Shown in pieces: positions 1-12,311 of a stretch of 32,000 bases of DNA. The first letter of the stretch is position 1. Every line of letters begins with the position of its first letter. Origin of the DNA: Candidatus Photodesmus katoptron Akat1. Lineage in GTDB: Bacteria > Pseudomonadota > Gammaproteobacteria > Enterobacterales > Vibrionaceae. A program made the position numbers and the translations under genes. Location: NCBI RefSeq assembly GCF_000478685.1, contig NZ_AMSD01000002.1:394337-426336 (forward strand). Direction: 5' to 3'. The notes beneath the pieces were generated by a model, which was not told the origin of the DNA, made no database searches, and was given only the letters and a program-made list of their open reading frames with translations.

Positions 1-2
1 AC

Positions 3-362
3 TATCTTCCACCATATTGTCAACAAGCTAAAGGACAATTAATCTGGAATTTAGCTACAATAACATCTCCTTTCGGAGATTTAGATCTAGAAAAAATGAT
101 AATAATTTTGAATTGCCAAGATAATATAATTTCAATTTCAGGTCATCAGAAAAGCAATCAAGTAACAAGTGAATTCTCTGCTCATCTAAATAAAGAAAAA
201 TATATAGTTAATATTTTATTTGAACCAAAAAATAAATTTCCTAAAGAACTAAAAAAATACTTGCAATGGCTTCCTAAAAACAATAAAAATCATTATCAAC
301 TCAGTTATCAAGGAAATTTATTAATGAGTGATTTGTTAAAAGATAAACTATTGATAATCTAA
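3..362 (+). CDS. 3' end of a CDS that starts upstream of the window; C-terminal region loosely resembles type II secretion protein N (GspN/EpsN)
   Basis: Frame 3 is open from the window edge (YLPPYCQQAKGQLIWNLATITSPFGDL...) to TAA at 360-362. The 88-aa ORF in the track is only the ATG-delimited tail of this frame. The spacing of C..A.G.L.W and the terminal Y.L.YQG.L recalls the T2SS-N family from memory only. Convergent with nudE. Confidence 0.35.
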   Translation, partial: YLPPYCQQAKGQLIWNLATITSPFGDLDLEKMIIILNCQDNIISISGHQKSNQVTSEFSAHLNKEKYIVNILFEPKNKFPKELKKYLQWLPKNNKNHYQLSYQGNLLMSDLLKDKLLII

Positions 363-398
363 CTAGGGGAAATAACACTATTAATAATCTATTTAAAA

Positions 399-956
399 TT
401 AACATATTGCATTTTTTTCTAAATACCTTAATGAAAGCAATAATGCAGCTAAGCTTCTAGACTCACAAAAATTTATATGAGTAATTAACTCTTCACTTCT
501 CCTAATAGACCAAGGTATTACTTCTAATGGTTCTGGTTCATCACCCTTCAATCGTTCTGGATATAAATCTTTTCCAATAAAAATAATCATACGACCAGAA
601 AAATAAGAAGGTGCTAAAACAACTTCTTTTAAAAAAATAAGACAATTAGAACCAAAACCAATTTCTTCTTTTAGTTCTCTTATTGCTGCTTCTTCTTGAG
701 ATTCTCCTAAATCTACAAGACCTTTAGGGAAAGATAATTCATAACGTTCTGTTCCTACTGCATATTCTTGAACTAGCAGAAAATTTCCATTCATTATAGG
801 AACAATCATCACTGCGTCAACAGTTCGTGGTTTCATACGTTCATAAGTACGTTTCTCTCCATTCCCGAACACGAGTTTTATTGATTCAATAGAAAATAAC
901 TTTGACTGTGAGATAATTTTTTTTTCTAAAATTTCAGGTAAGCTTTTTTTTTTCAC
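399..956 (-). CDS. nudE: ADP compounds hydrolase NudE (Nudix family)
   Basis: 185-aa ORF with a Nudix box (GLVDLGESQEEAAIRELKEEIGF). Collinear by eye with E. coli NudE (YERM.P...AVMIVPI, EYAVGTE.YEL.F.KGL, GDEPEPL). GTG start at 956-954 is followed by an in-frame A10 run. Confidence 0.9.
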   Translation of the reverse strand: MKKKSLPEILEKKIISQSKLFSIESIKLVFGNGEKRTYERMKPRTVDAVMIVPIMNGNFLLVQEYAVGTERYELSFPKGLVDLGESQEEAAIRELKEEIGFGSNCLIFLKEVVLAPSYFSGRMIIFIGKDLYPERLKGDEPEPLEVIPWSIRRSEELITHINFCESRSLAALLLSLRYLEKNAIC

Positions 957-1038
957 TGATTGTACTCTCCATATTTAAAAGAAATACATGACAACTACTC
1001 TTTCACTTACAAATGTAGAAAAATAGAACTTATAACTA

Positions 1039-1626
1039 TTAGTAATAAGAAAGATCATTTGGATTATGATTAGTAATATCATGAACGGCAGTTAATTCAG
1101 TTGAAAATTTCTGCAGTAGTTCTTTTTCAATATTTTCTTTTAGAGTAATATTGACCATGGAACAACCGTTACAACCGCCTCCAAATTCAATAACTGCAAT
1201 TCCATCTTCAGTAATTTCTACCAATTTAATATGGCCACCATGATCTGAAAGATGAGGATTTAGTTGAGTTTGTATTACATAATTAACACGTTCCAATAGT
1301 GTGGCATCTTTCGATATTTTATTTTTTTTTGCATTTGGGGCTTTCAGTGTTAATTGAGAACTGATTTTGTCAGTAATACAATCAATTTCAGCATGTTTCA
1401 GGAAAGGAAGGCTTAATTCATCTACATAAGCAGAAAATCCATTAAATTTAAATTCAGTATCAGTAGATTCTACTGATTCTCTTGGACAATAAGATACTCC
1501 GCACTCAGCCTTTTCAGTTCCAGGATCAACAACAAATAAACGTATATTTGTATTTTTTTCTTTTTTATTTAGCAAACTAACAAAATATATTTGTGCAGTT
1601 TCACTAATAGAAATAAAATTTAACAT
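1039..1626 (-). CDS. nfuA: Fe/S biogenesis protein NfuA
   Basis: 195-aa ORF collinear with E. coli NfuA: [20 protein letters not shown], the Nfu-domain CXXC motif GGGCNGCSM, and a C-terminal ...SYY. Confidence 0.93.
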   Translation of the reverse strand: MLNFISISETAQIYFVSLLNKKEKNTNIRLFVVDPGTEKAECGVSYCPRESVESTDTEFKFNGFSAYVDELSLPFLKHAEIDCITDKISSQLTLKAPNAKKNKISKDATLLERVNYVIQTQLNPHLSDHGGHIKLVEITEDGIAVIEFGGGCNGCSMVNITLKENIEKELLQKFSTELTAVHDITNHNPNDLSYY

Positions 1627-1803
1627 AATACATATCTTCTAAAATTATTGACTCTCCAATTCTCCATTGTACTACTCATATAAAGAAGATCTAGTTTTTT
1701 TCTAAAAAATAATCAAAGCCGATATGATAATGAAAAGTACTGTGCTGTATAGGCTAATAAGCAATATGTTTATTATCAATATCTTTAATATCTATAAGAT
1801 AAA

Positions 1804-2379
1804 TTAAGACATTTCTTTTTCAATCATTTGAATGATAATATGGATAATCTTTATATGCATTTCTTGAATGCGGTCTGCATATCTAAAATGTGGAATGCAA
1901 ATTTCAATATCTGATAAACCAGAGATTTTACCACCATCTTTACCTGTTAATGAAATAGTTTTCATTTCTTTTTTTTTAGCACTATTAATCGCTTTTAGAA
2001 TATTTTCAGAATTACCAGATGTCGATAAAGTGAATAATACATCACCTTTTAAACCTATAGCCTCTATATACCTAGAAAAAACAAATTCATAACCAAAATC
2101 ATTACTAACACAAGATAAGTAACTAGGATCTGAAATAGCAATACCTGGGTACCCAATACGATTTTCACGATAACGACCTGTTAATTCTTCTGCAAAATGC
2201 ATAGCATCACAATGTGAACCACCATTACCACAAGATAAAACTTTGCCATTTTGTTTAAATGAAGTGGCAATTAATTTAGCTATCATTTCCATACGAATCA
2301 TATTTTCTTCATTTTTAATAAATGCATTCAATAAGTTAACTGATTCGATTAATTCTCTTTTTATTAAATTTTGATACAT
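1804..2379 (-). CDS. gmhA: Phosphoheptose isomerase (D-sedoheptulose-7-phosphate isomerase)
   Basis: 191 aa. Long stretches are identical to E. coli GmhA ([46 protein letters not shown]). Confidence 0.95.
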   Translation of the reverse strand: MYQNLIKRELIESVNLLNAFIKNEENMIRMEMIAKLIATSFKQNGKVLSCGNGGSHCDAMHFAEELTGRYRENRIGYPGIAISDPSYLSCVSNDFGYEFVFSRYIEAIGLKGDVLFTLSTSGNSENILKAINSAKKKEMKTISLTGKDGGKISGLSDIEICIPHFRYADRIQEMHIKIIHIIIQMIEKEMS

Positions 2380-2657
2380 AAAAACCCTTTTAATTGTCAG
2401 ATGGATAAATGAAATTATTTATAATAAATATCTACTAATAGTTAACTATTAAAATCAGCGGATATAAAAAATTATTTAGATAAAAAACTAATGTAAAATG
2501 TACAAAAATTCATTTTTTCATTTTACAGAAATAAAATAGTTGATTAAAATATCATTAAGCATAAAAAAATCATATATTCAATATATGATAAAAAAATAAA
2601 AATGCGTTACTACTATTCATATCAGGGAAAAAACTTTATTGGACATTCTAAGTAACT

Positions 2658-2906
2658 ATGAAATTTCCTTCAAAACATAAAACTCACACTCTCTCAATAG
2701 AAGGACTGCGCTGTCCAGAACCAATTATGATAATCAGGAAAACGATAAGAATTATGAAAGATGGTGATTTTCTTCTGATAAAATCAGATGATCCTTCAAC
2801 AAGACGTGACATTCCAAATCTTTGTCGGTTTATGGATCATAAACTCCTCATTATAAAAACTAACAAATTGCCATATAGATATCTAATAAAAAAAGGCATA
2901 AAATAA
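2658..2906 (+). CDS. tusA: Sulfur carrier protein TusA
   Basis: 82 aa with the active-site motif GLRCPEP, plus [10 protein letters not shown] and [10 protein letters not shown] as in E. coli TusA. Confidence 0.92.
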   Translation: MKFPSKHKTHTLSIEGLRCPEPIMIIRKTIRIMKDGDFLLIKSDDPSTRRDIPNLCRFMDHKLLIIKTNKLPYRYLIKKGIK

Positions 2907-3003
2907 GGAATAGATGTTGTAAAAATGCTCTATTTACCAATATATTATTTATAATCTTATAATGATTGTTTTATTTTATTTGTATTATTATAGGAATAAT
3001 AGG

Positions 3004-3531
3004 ATGAAAGTACTTTTGCTTTATTCAACAAGAGAAGGACATACGAAAAAAATTATACAACATATTCATAAAGAACTAAAATGCTCAGAGTGTCAAATAG
3101 AAAATATACATAAATTGAAAGAAATAGATTTATTAAAATATAAAAAAATCCTCATTGGTGCTTCTATTCATTATGGTCACTTAAGTAAAGAGCTGTATGA
3201 TTTTTTAGAAAAAAATTATACACAGCTAAAAAAAATTAAAGGAGCTTTTTTTTGTGTGAATTTAACTGCTAGAAAAGAAAAACAAAAAAAAGATACCCCA
3301 GAAGGCAGTACTTACATAAAAAAATTTCTTAAAAAATCTTCTTGGGAACCTCAACTAATAGGAGTTTTTGCAGGGGAACTTTGCTATCATAAATATAGAT
3401 GGTTTGATCGAATTATGATTAAAATAATTATGTTTTTAACTGGTGGTATAACAAACACTAGCAAATCAGTTGAATATACTAACTGGAAAAAAGTATCTCT
3501 ATTTGCTAAAAAATTTAATAAATTACAATAA
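3004..3531 (+). CDS. hemG: Protoporphyrinogen IX dehydrogenase (menaquinone-dependent), flavodoxin-like HemG
   Basis: Collinear with E. coli HemG (MK.L.L.ST..G.T, IGASI.YGH, YRWFDR.MIK.IM, V.YT.W..V..FA). I use ATG 3004 (AGGA 8 nt upstream) rather than the track start at 2962, whose 14 extra codons (MIVLFYLYYYRNNR) have no counterpart. Confidence 0.88.
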   Translation: MKVLLLYSTREGHTKKIIQHIHKELKCSECQIENIHKLKEIDLLKYKKILIGASIHYGHLSKELYDFLEKNYTQLKKIKGAFFCVNLTARKEKQKKDTPEGSTYIKKFLKKSSWEPQLIGVFAGELCYHKYRWFDRIMIKIIMFLTGGITNTSKSVEYTNWKKVSLFAKKFNKLQ

Positions 3532-3626
3532 AATTATTTTATTTACTGATTATGGAATAATTGTTATAAACAAATTTAAAAAACAAAAAACCTTTGTATT
3601 TATTCTGAATTTTTGTCTAGCATTAT

Positions 3627-4991
3627 TCATTGTTTTGATGGACGCTGCCAATTATAAATCGTACGCTTCTTAGATCTCCTAGTCACTAATTCTCCCTTAG
3701 AAACATCTTTCGTAACTGTAGTACCCGCGCCAATAGTTGCATGATCTGCAATATGAATTGGGGCAACTAACTGACAAGAAGAACCTACAAAAACATCATT
3801 ACCAAGAATTGTTTTATGTTTGTTTGCACCATCATAATTACATGTTATGACTCCAGCACCAATATTGCTCAATTGACCAATTTCAGCATCACCAAGATAA
3901 GTTAAATGGTTAGCTTTTGTTTCTTTACCTATAGTAACATTTTTTACCTCGACAAAATTTCCTATATGGACATTATCAAACAACTTCGAAGTTGGACGTA
4001 AACGAGCAAAAGGACCAAGCTTACAATTTTTTCCAATGCTGGAGCCTTCAATAACACTATATGGTTTAATAATTGTATTATCATCGATAATACAATTCTT
4101 AATAATACTACCAGCACCAACAATTACATTATTACCTAGAGATACATTACCCTCAATTATAACATTAATATCAATTTTACAATTGATACCAAAAATTAAT
4201 ACACCACGTAAATCAAAACGATCAGGATCAAGTAGTATTAGACCTTGGTTAATCAATTTATAAGCTTGCGATAATTGAAATTCTCTCTCTAATTGGGTAA
4301 GCTGAACTAGATCATTAATACCTTTTACTTCAATTTTATCAACAGGATGCACTGTGTGCACCTGACATCCTTCATGGTATGCAGTTGAAACAATATCAGT
4401 AAGATAATACTCACTTTGTGAATTTTTATTGTTTAAATCAGAAATCCATCGTTTCAAGTCATCCCCTAAGGCAACCATTACTCCTGTATTAATCTCTTTA
4501 ATTATTTTTTGATTTTCTGTAGCATCTTTTTCTTCAATAATTCTCACTACAGCATTATCACAATCTCTTCGAAGGATCCGACCATATCCCATAGGATTAT
4601 CTAAAAAAACAGTTAATAAAGCTATTCCTCCCATTGGATAAGCATTTAATAACTTTCTTATTGTCTCTTCAGATATCAAAGGAACATCGCCATATAGCAC
4701 TAAAATTTTTTCATTACCCAAAAACTTTTTTGATGCTTGACTAACAGCATGGCCTGTACCTAAAGGTTCGGCTTGTAATACCCAAGAAACAGGCTCATCA
4801 AATAATGTTTTTTTTATTAGTTCAGAAGAATGTCCATACACTAAATAAATATTCTTCGCTCCTAATTTATTACACGTATCAATAAGATACCTAACTATAG
4901 GCTTACCAGCTAAAGTATGCAAAACTTTAGGTATATTAGAACGCATACGGCTACCTTTACCCGCAGCAAGAATAACAGCACTGAATTTCAT
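3627..4991 (-). CDS. glmU: Bifunctional UDP-N-acetylglucosamine pyrophosphorylase / GlcN-1-P acetyltransferase GlmU
   Basis: 454 aa with the N-terminal [10 protein letters not shown] motif, WVLQAE.LGTGHA, and C-terminal hexapeptide-repeat beta-helix with [13 protein letters not shown]. Collinear with E. coli GlmU and sits just downstream of atpC as in other Gammaproteobacteria. Confidence 0.95.
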   Translation of the reverse strand: MKFSAVILAAGKGSRMRSNIPKVLHTLAGKPIVRYLIDTCNKLGAKNIYLVYGHSSELIKKTLFDEPVSWVLQAEPLGTGHAVSQASKKFLGNEKILVLYGDVPLISEETIRKLLNAYPMGGIALLTVFLDNPMGYGRILRRDCDNAVVRIIEEKDATENQKIIKEINTGVMVALGDDLKRWISDLNNKNSQSEYYLTDIVSTAYHEGCQVHTVHPVDKIEVKGINDLVQLTQLEREFQLSQAYKLINQGLILLDPDRFDLRGVLIFGINCKIDINVIIEGNVSLGNNVIVGAGSIIKNCIIDDNTIIKPYSVIEGSSIGKNCKLGPFARLRPTSKLFDNVHIGNFVEVKNVTIGKETKANHLTYLGDAEIGQLSNIGAGVITCNYDGANKHKTILGNDVFVGSSCQLVAPIHIADHATIGAGTTVTKDVSKGELVTRRSKKRTIYNWQRPSKQ

Positions 4992-5072
4992 TTAATAACC
5001 TGAAAAACTGTATTAAAAGAATGATTTTTCTAAATATTCTCAGATGTTTTGTTTTTAATAATCAGATTCCAA

Positions 5073-5489
5073 TTAACGAAATCTTTTACTTAATTCAAGA
5101 ACTCTTAGTTGAGCAACTGCTTTCTCAAGTTCACTGCTAGCTAATTCAATATCTACGCTTTCACCTTTTCCTGTCATCATCTTTTCAGCCTTTTTTTTAA
5201 CTGACTCAACTTTTTGTAAATCTAAATCCTGACCACGAATAGCAGTATCAGCTAATAAGGTTGAAATAGTAGGTTGAATTTCAAGTACACCACCAGAAAC
5301 ATATATAAACTCTTCTTGAAAATTAGCTTTTAATATACGAAGCCTTCCAGGCAATAGTTTAGTTAATAATGCTGTATGACCATAAAAAACTCCTATGTCT
5401 CCCATACAAGCAGTTACTAAAAAATTTTTAACAGAACCTGAGAAAATTCTACTTTCAGCACTAACTACATCGAGATGAAAAGTTTTCAC
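5073..5489 (-). CDS. atpC: ATP synthase F1 epsilon subunit
   Basis: 138 aa, collinear with E. coli AtpC (HLDVVSAE..IFSG, EEFIY.SGG.LE.QP, LADTAIRGQDLD). Last gene of the atp operon. Confidence 0.93.
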   Translation of the reverse strand: MKTFHLDVVSAESRIFSGSVKNFLVTACMGDIGVFYGHTALLTKLLPGRLRILKANFQEEFIYVSGGVLEIQPTISTLLADTAIRGQDLDLQKVESVKKKAEKMMTGKGESVDIELASSELEKAVAQLRVLELSKRFR

Positions 5490-5516
5490 TAAAATTTTTC
5501 CTTAAAATGTTTTAAT

Positions 5517-6929
<1,413 letters not shown>

Positions 6930-6959
6930 TTAATCCTCTAAACTATTTTCTTCTTAGAT

Positions 6960-7837
6960 TTAAACTGCAGCTGCACCTGATACTATTTCAGATAGCTCTT
7001 GAGTAATTTCAGCTTGACGAGCCTTATTATATAAAAGTTCTAAATCATCAATTAAACAGTCGGCGTTATCAGTTGAACTTTTCATAGCTAGCATTCTAGC
7101 TGCTTGCTCACATGCTAAATTCTCAACTAAACCTTGATATACCTGAAATTCTAGATACCGTATTAACAATACATCTAATAAGGATTTAGAGCTAGGTTCA
7201 TATATATAATCCCATGAATAACTTTTTTTATATCATTATTATTATCTTTATCCTCAGATAAAGGTAATAATTGTTTAATCTTAGGTTTTTGAATCATCGT
7301 ATTTATAAAACGATTAAATACTAAAAATAACTGATCTAACTCACCTGAATCATACTTTTTCAGCATAACACCGACCGAACCGATTATACTTTCAAGACTT
7401 GGTCTATTTCCAAGACCTGATAACTGGGCAATAACCTTAGCCCCAATATGTTTTTTAAAAAAGGAACTAGCCTTTAAACCAATTATAGACAACTGAATAT
7501 TGGCACCTTTTCTAGATTTTTTTTGTATATCTATAAGAGTCTGTTTAAATAAATTAATATTTAATCCTCCACACAAACCACGATCTGTAGAAATAACAAT
7601 ATAACCAACAGATCTAGCTGTTCGCTTTTCTAAGTATGGATGGTACAAGTCTAATCTATCAGATTGAGTAATATGATTAATAACTTTAGATATTTCTTCA
7701 GAATAAGGACGAGAAGCTTCCATTAATTTCTGAGAACGACGCATCTTGGAAGCTGCTACCATCTCCATCGCTTTTGTTATTTTTTTAGTGCTTCTAACAC
7801 TACTAATCTTAGTATGTATTTCTTTCGGATTAGTCAT
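6960..7837 (-). pseudogene. atpG: ATP synthase F1 gamma subunit, interrupted by one -1 frameshift in an A7 run
   Basis: Two adjacent ORFs, 7175-7837 (220 aa, N-terminal part: [26 protein letters not shown]) and 6960-7169 (C-terminal part: [20 protein letters not shown]). The C-terminal frame actually reads back to ...[32 protein letters not shown], matching E. coli K.[28 protein letters not shown]. The only stretch open in both frames (7178-7232) contains the run at 7223-7229 (T7 on the plus strand). One extra A restores a single gamma ORF. Confidence 0.88.
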
Positions 7838-7885
7838 AACTAAAAAAAGCTCCTATTGCTCACTTAACATTACTATCTTATTGGT

Positions 7886-9430
7886 TTACCAAATTTGAGT
7901 GTCTTGAAAAGAACTTAATATCTTTTGAAACTGTATTTCAATTTCTTCGTTATATTCATCAGTTGTATTTATCTTATCTACAAATTTTGAATATTCTAAA
8001 TGAGCATAAGATAATATAGACGATTCAAAAGATAAAATATCTTTTGCTTCAATTTTTTTAAAAAAAACACTTTCTGCTACAAAAAGAAGCAATGCTTGGT
8101 CAAAAACAGACATAGGAGAATACTGTTTTTGCTTCATTAATTCTGTAATTTTTAAACCATGCTCTAACTTCTCCTTAGTTATTGAATCTAGATCAGAAGA
8201 AAACTGTGCAAACGCTGCTAATTCACGATACTGAGCAAGTGCTGTACGAATACCAGATGAGAACTTTTTAATTATTTTATTTTGTGCTGCCCCACCTACA
8301 CGAGAAACAGATATCCCAGGATCTAATGCAGGACGAATACCCGAATTAAATAATTCAGTTTTAAGAAAAATTTGACCATCAGTAATTGAAATGACATTAG
8401 TTGGAACAAATGCAGATACATCACCTGCTTGTGTTTCAATTATAGGAAGAGCGGTTAAAGAACCCGTTTTCCCTTTCACCTGACCATTAGTGTGCCTTTC
8501 TACATATTCTGAACTAACACGAGCTGAGCGTTCTAGTAATCTTGAGTGAAGATAAAAAATATCACCAGGAAAGGCTTCACGACCAGGTGGACGTTTCAGT
8601 AATAAAGAGACTTGACGATAAGCAACAGCTTGCTTAGATAAATCATCATATACAATTAAAGCATCTTCACCACGATCACGAAAATACTCTCCCATTGTAC
8701 AACCAGAATATGGCGCTAGATACTGTAATGCAGCAGATTCAGAAGCTGTTGCTACAACAATAATAGTATTATCCAACGCTCCGTATTTTTCAATTTGATG
8801 CACTACACTGGCTACAGTAGAACTTTTTTGACCTATAGCAACATAGATAGAATAAACACCAGATTTTTTTTGATTAATAATTGTATCAATTGCCATCGAT
8901 GTTTTACCAGTCTGACGATCGCCAATTATTAATTCACGCTGTCCTAAACCAATTGGAATCATAGAGTCAACAGACTTATAGCCAGTCTGAAGAGGTTGAT
9001 CTACCGATTTACGTTCAATAACACCTGGTGCAATTACTTCGACAGGCAAAAAAGTTTTAGATTTAATTGGACCTTTCCCATCAATTGGTTGACCTAAAGT
9101 GTTTACAATTCTACCAAGCATTTCTTGACCAACTGGAACTTCAAAAATACGTCCAGTTCCTTTCACTTTCATTCCTTCCTTAAGATCAAAGTGAGGCCCC
9201 ATAACTACAGCTCCAACTGAATCACGATTAAGATTTAATGCTAAAGCATAACGTTGACCAGAAAGCAACTCAATCATTTCACCTTGCATTACATTTTCTA
9301 AACCATATATGGTAATAATACCATCACTTACTGACGCAATAGTACCTTGGTTGCAATTTTCTATAACAATATTAAAATCTTTAATGCGTTTTTTGATTAA
9401 TTCGCTAATTTCTGTGGAACTAAGTTGCAT
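7886..9430 (-). CDS. atpA: ATP synthase F1 alpha subunit
   Basis: 514 aa with Walker A GDRQTGKT. Full-length collinearity with E. coli AtpA. Confidence 0.97.
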   Translation of the reverse strand: MQLSSTEISELIKKRIKDFNIVIENCNQGTIASVSDGIITIYGLENVMQGEMIELLSGQRYALALNLNRDSVGAVVMGPHFDLKEGMKVKGTGRIFEVPVGQEMLGRIVNTLGQPIDGKGPIKSKTFLPVEVIAPGVIERKSVDQPLQTGYKSVDSMIPIGLGQRELIIGDRQTGKTSMAIDTIINQKKSGVYSIYVAIGQKSSTVASVVHQIEKYGALDNTIIVVATASESAALQYLAPYSGCTMGEYFRDRGEDALIVYDDLSKQAVAYRQVSLLLKRPPGREAFPGDIFYLHSRLLERSARVSSEYVERHTNGQVKGKTGSLTALPIIETQAGDVSAFVPTNVISITDGQIFLKTELFNSGIRPALDPGISVSRVGGAAQNKIIKKFSSGIRTALAQYRELAAFAQFSSDLDSITKEKLEHGLKITELMKQKQYSPMSVFDQALLLFVAESVFFKKIEAKDILSFESSILSYAHLEYSKFVDKINTTDEYNEEIEIQFQKILSSFQDTQIW

Positions 9431-9443
9431 ATTCCAATCCTTA

Positions 9444-9984
9444 TCAATAATTCGTCTTCAATAAATTTCTTAGACAATTTAAATAACCCATTGCAGAGCC
9501 ATCAATTAGTGTATCTCCAACTCGAATTGTAATGCCACAAATCAAATTTTGATTTATAGCACAATGTAGATTAACCTTATAACCAAAGCGCTTTTCAAGT
9601 TTATCTATAATAATCTTGCATTGTTTTTTAGAAAGTTTAACCGCAGATAATACATAAGCATCTTTACGTTTTTTATATTCATTTTTCAGATAAAGAAAAT
9701 TTTTAAAATGCCAGGAAGGTTCATGAGGCGTGAGTTTTTAATAATCATTTTTATAAAATTCTGAGAAAAATTGTTAAACTGATTTTTATAACAAGATAAA
9801 AAAAATCCTCCAGTCTATGAGGAGATAATAAGCGAGCATCTAATATTTTTTAATTTGCTCTTGTTCTAAAAGTTTAACAAAAAAATAAGCACTTGATTCC
9901 AATGTTCTACCTGATCATTTTCGAGAGCGAATTCAAAAACTGCATTAGAATAAATTCTTTCTATTTTTTATTTAAGTCAGACAT
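9444..9984 (-). pseudogene. atpH: ATP synthase F1 delta (OSCP) subunit carrying five single-base frameshifts
   Basis: No ORF of 60 aa or more lies in the 566-bp atpA-atpF gap. The minus strand from ATG 9984-9982 to TGA 9446-9444 nevertheless translates as delta in six successive frame segments. They begin MSDLNKK and end ...[43 protein letters not shown], compared with E. coli [41 protein letters not shown]. Position is exactly where atpH belongs. Confidence 0.85.
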
Positions 9985-9996
9985 TATTTTGTATAC

Positions 9997-10467
9997 TTAA
10001 AGCTTAGATGAAATTCTAGATATAATATCATCATGATCGTTCTTATCAATTGTACGCTGAAGAATTTTCTCAGCAGCTAATATTGATAAATCAGACAATT
10101 GCTCACGTAGTTTTAAGTTAAGACGACGTTGTTCAGCTTCTATTTCAATTTTAGCTTGAAGAAGAATTTTATTATGTTCAATTAAAGCTTCTTGACGAGC
10201 TTTATGAATAATCTGAATTTTACGTTTATTTGCTTGTGTAATGATTTTTTTTGCTAAGATCGATGCTTTTTTAATTTTTTTTGAAGCATCTAATTTTGCT
10301 AATTCTACATTCTTAGCAGCATCTTTAGCCTCTGATAAAGAGGAAGCAATATATTTTTGACGTTCTTCAATTGCCCGAATAATAGGCGGCCATACATACT
10401 TAACGCAAAACCAAACAAATAGAGAAAACGATATTGCTTGACCTAATAAGGTTGCATTTAGATTCAC
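9997..10467 (-). CDS. atpF: ATP synthase Fo subunit b
   Basis: 156 aa, the same length as E. coli. Has an N-terminal membrane helix (FVWFCVKYVWPPI) followed by a long charged helix. Operon position fits. Confidence 0.92.
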   Translation of the reverse strand: MNLNATLLGQAISFSLFVWFCVKYVWPPIIRAIEERQKYIASSLSEAKDAAKNVELAKLDASKKIKKASILAKKIITQANKRKIQIIHKARQEALIEHNKILLQAKIEIEAEQRRLNLKLREQLSDLSILAAEKILQRTIDKNDHDDIISRISSKL

Positions 10468-10537
10468 AACAGTTCTCCTTTATTCATCGACAATTAAATT
10501 TCAATCCAAAAAAAACTATTTTTTAAAATAGGTTGAT

Positions 10538-10795
<258 letters not shown>

Positions 10796-10847
10796 CTAAA
10801 ATCTCCAATCAAATTAGCAACAAGTTTCTCAAATAAAGGTTATAGAA

Positions 10848-11657
<810 letters not shown>

Positions 11658-11663
11658 TTAATT

Positions 11664-12056
11664 TTACTTAATAAATAAAACTGGAGTAAAAAAATTAATA
11701 GTTAATAAAAATAAATAGCTTGATACTAAAGGAATTAGTTCTACTTTCATATATATAAATACAATCGAGAATAATATAGCCGTAACAACTAATTTAATCA
11801 ATTCTCCAGCGTAAAAAGATATCAAAACAAACACTTTATGATTCGCTCCACTAAACAAGAAGGCGCATAATGAAAAAATCATATTAGCAAGAAAAAATAT
11901 TCCTCCACCAATAAATGATGCCTTTCCCCATTCAATTCCAAAAAATATCATTATCGATGAACTTAAAATAAGGAGAGCCGCTCCCTGAATCACTAATATG
12001 CGTTTAACAAGATTTTTTCCAAGTCTAGTAGCTAAAGGAGATATATTAATAATCAT
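11664..12056 (-). CDS. atpI: ATP synthase protein I
   Basis: 130-aa hydrophobic ORF immediately upstream of atpB. The call rests on position, size and hydrophobicity, since sequence conservation in this family is weak. Confidence 0.7.
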   Translation of the reverse strand: MIINISPLATRLGKNLVKRILVIQGAALLILSSSIMIFFGIEWGKASFIGGGIFFLANMIFSLCAFLFSGANHKVFVLISFYAGELIKLVVTAILFSIVFIYMKVELIPLVSSYLFLLTINFFTPVLFIK

Positions 12057-12235
12057 ACGCAGTACCTGTGTAAGATATATTCAATTTTAAATAGCTATAT
12101 CAAAGTCTAAAATTATACGATCAGATAAATTGATTGCAATCAAAATACTGTAAAAAAACAACTTTTCTTATAATCCTATATTTTTCATAAAAAATGTACT
12201 AACCTTTTAGTTTATCTATTTCGAATGATATTTAT

Positions 12236-12310
12236 TCTTTTTCTCGAGCTGAAGCACTATTAACTAATAGAATAGGCGTCTAATCCTTTTCCTAAACTAG
12301 GTTTAGACAT
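12236..12310 (-). pseudogene. parB: Remnant of chromosome partitioning protein ParB (N-terminal approx. 25 codons only)
   Basis: ATG at 12310-12308, 1 nt after the parA-relic stop. It reads MSKPSLGKGLDAYSIS**CFSSRKR, matching the conserved ParB N-terminus (M.K..LG.GLDALL...S..RE) but with two in-frame stops. Only about 250 nt separate it from atpI, so the roughly 290-codon body is deleted. Confidence 0.6.
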
Positions 12311-12311
12311 A

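Noticed and set aside
96-362. Stand-alone 88-aa ORF.
   Set aside because: The same frame is open back to the first base of the window, so this is the tail of a longer CDS, not an independent small gene.
1868-2092. 74-aa plus-strand ORF inside gmhA. The same applies to track ORFs 3470-3673, 4036-4263, 14685-14924, 17254-17436, 18348-18698, 22666-22875 and 29153-29464.
   Set aside because: Each lies antisense to, or overlaps, a strongly conserved gene (gmhA, hemG/glmU, glmU, mnmG, the KAS, mnmE, dnaA, glyS). Each has a low-complexity or Cys/Ser/Leu/Ile-rich composition with no recognisable motifs. These look like chance open frames.
2492-2589. Two AT-rich inverted repeats in the gmhA-tusA divergent spacer: tgtaaaatg/cattttaca (2492-2500 / 2519-2527) and atcatatat-tca-atatatgat (2569-2589).
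   Set aside because: These are short all-A/T stems in an extremely AT-rich spacer and plausibly arise by chance. Without transcript data I cannot assign an operator or terminator function.
2962-3003. 14 extra codons at the hemG 5' end in the track ORF.
   Set aside because: HemG homology starts at MKVLLLYSTREG (ATG 3004, with AGGA upstream). The extension is Tyr/Leu/Asn-rich AT-biased sequence.
9444-9984. Treating the atpA-atpF gap as simple non-coding DNA or complete loss of atpH.
   Set aside because: The minus strand translates into a collinear delta subunit once frames are followed, so the gene is present though frameshifted.
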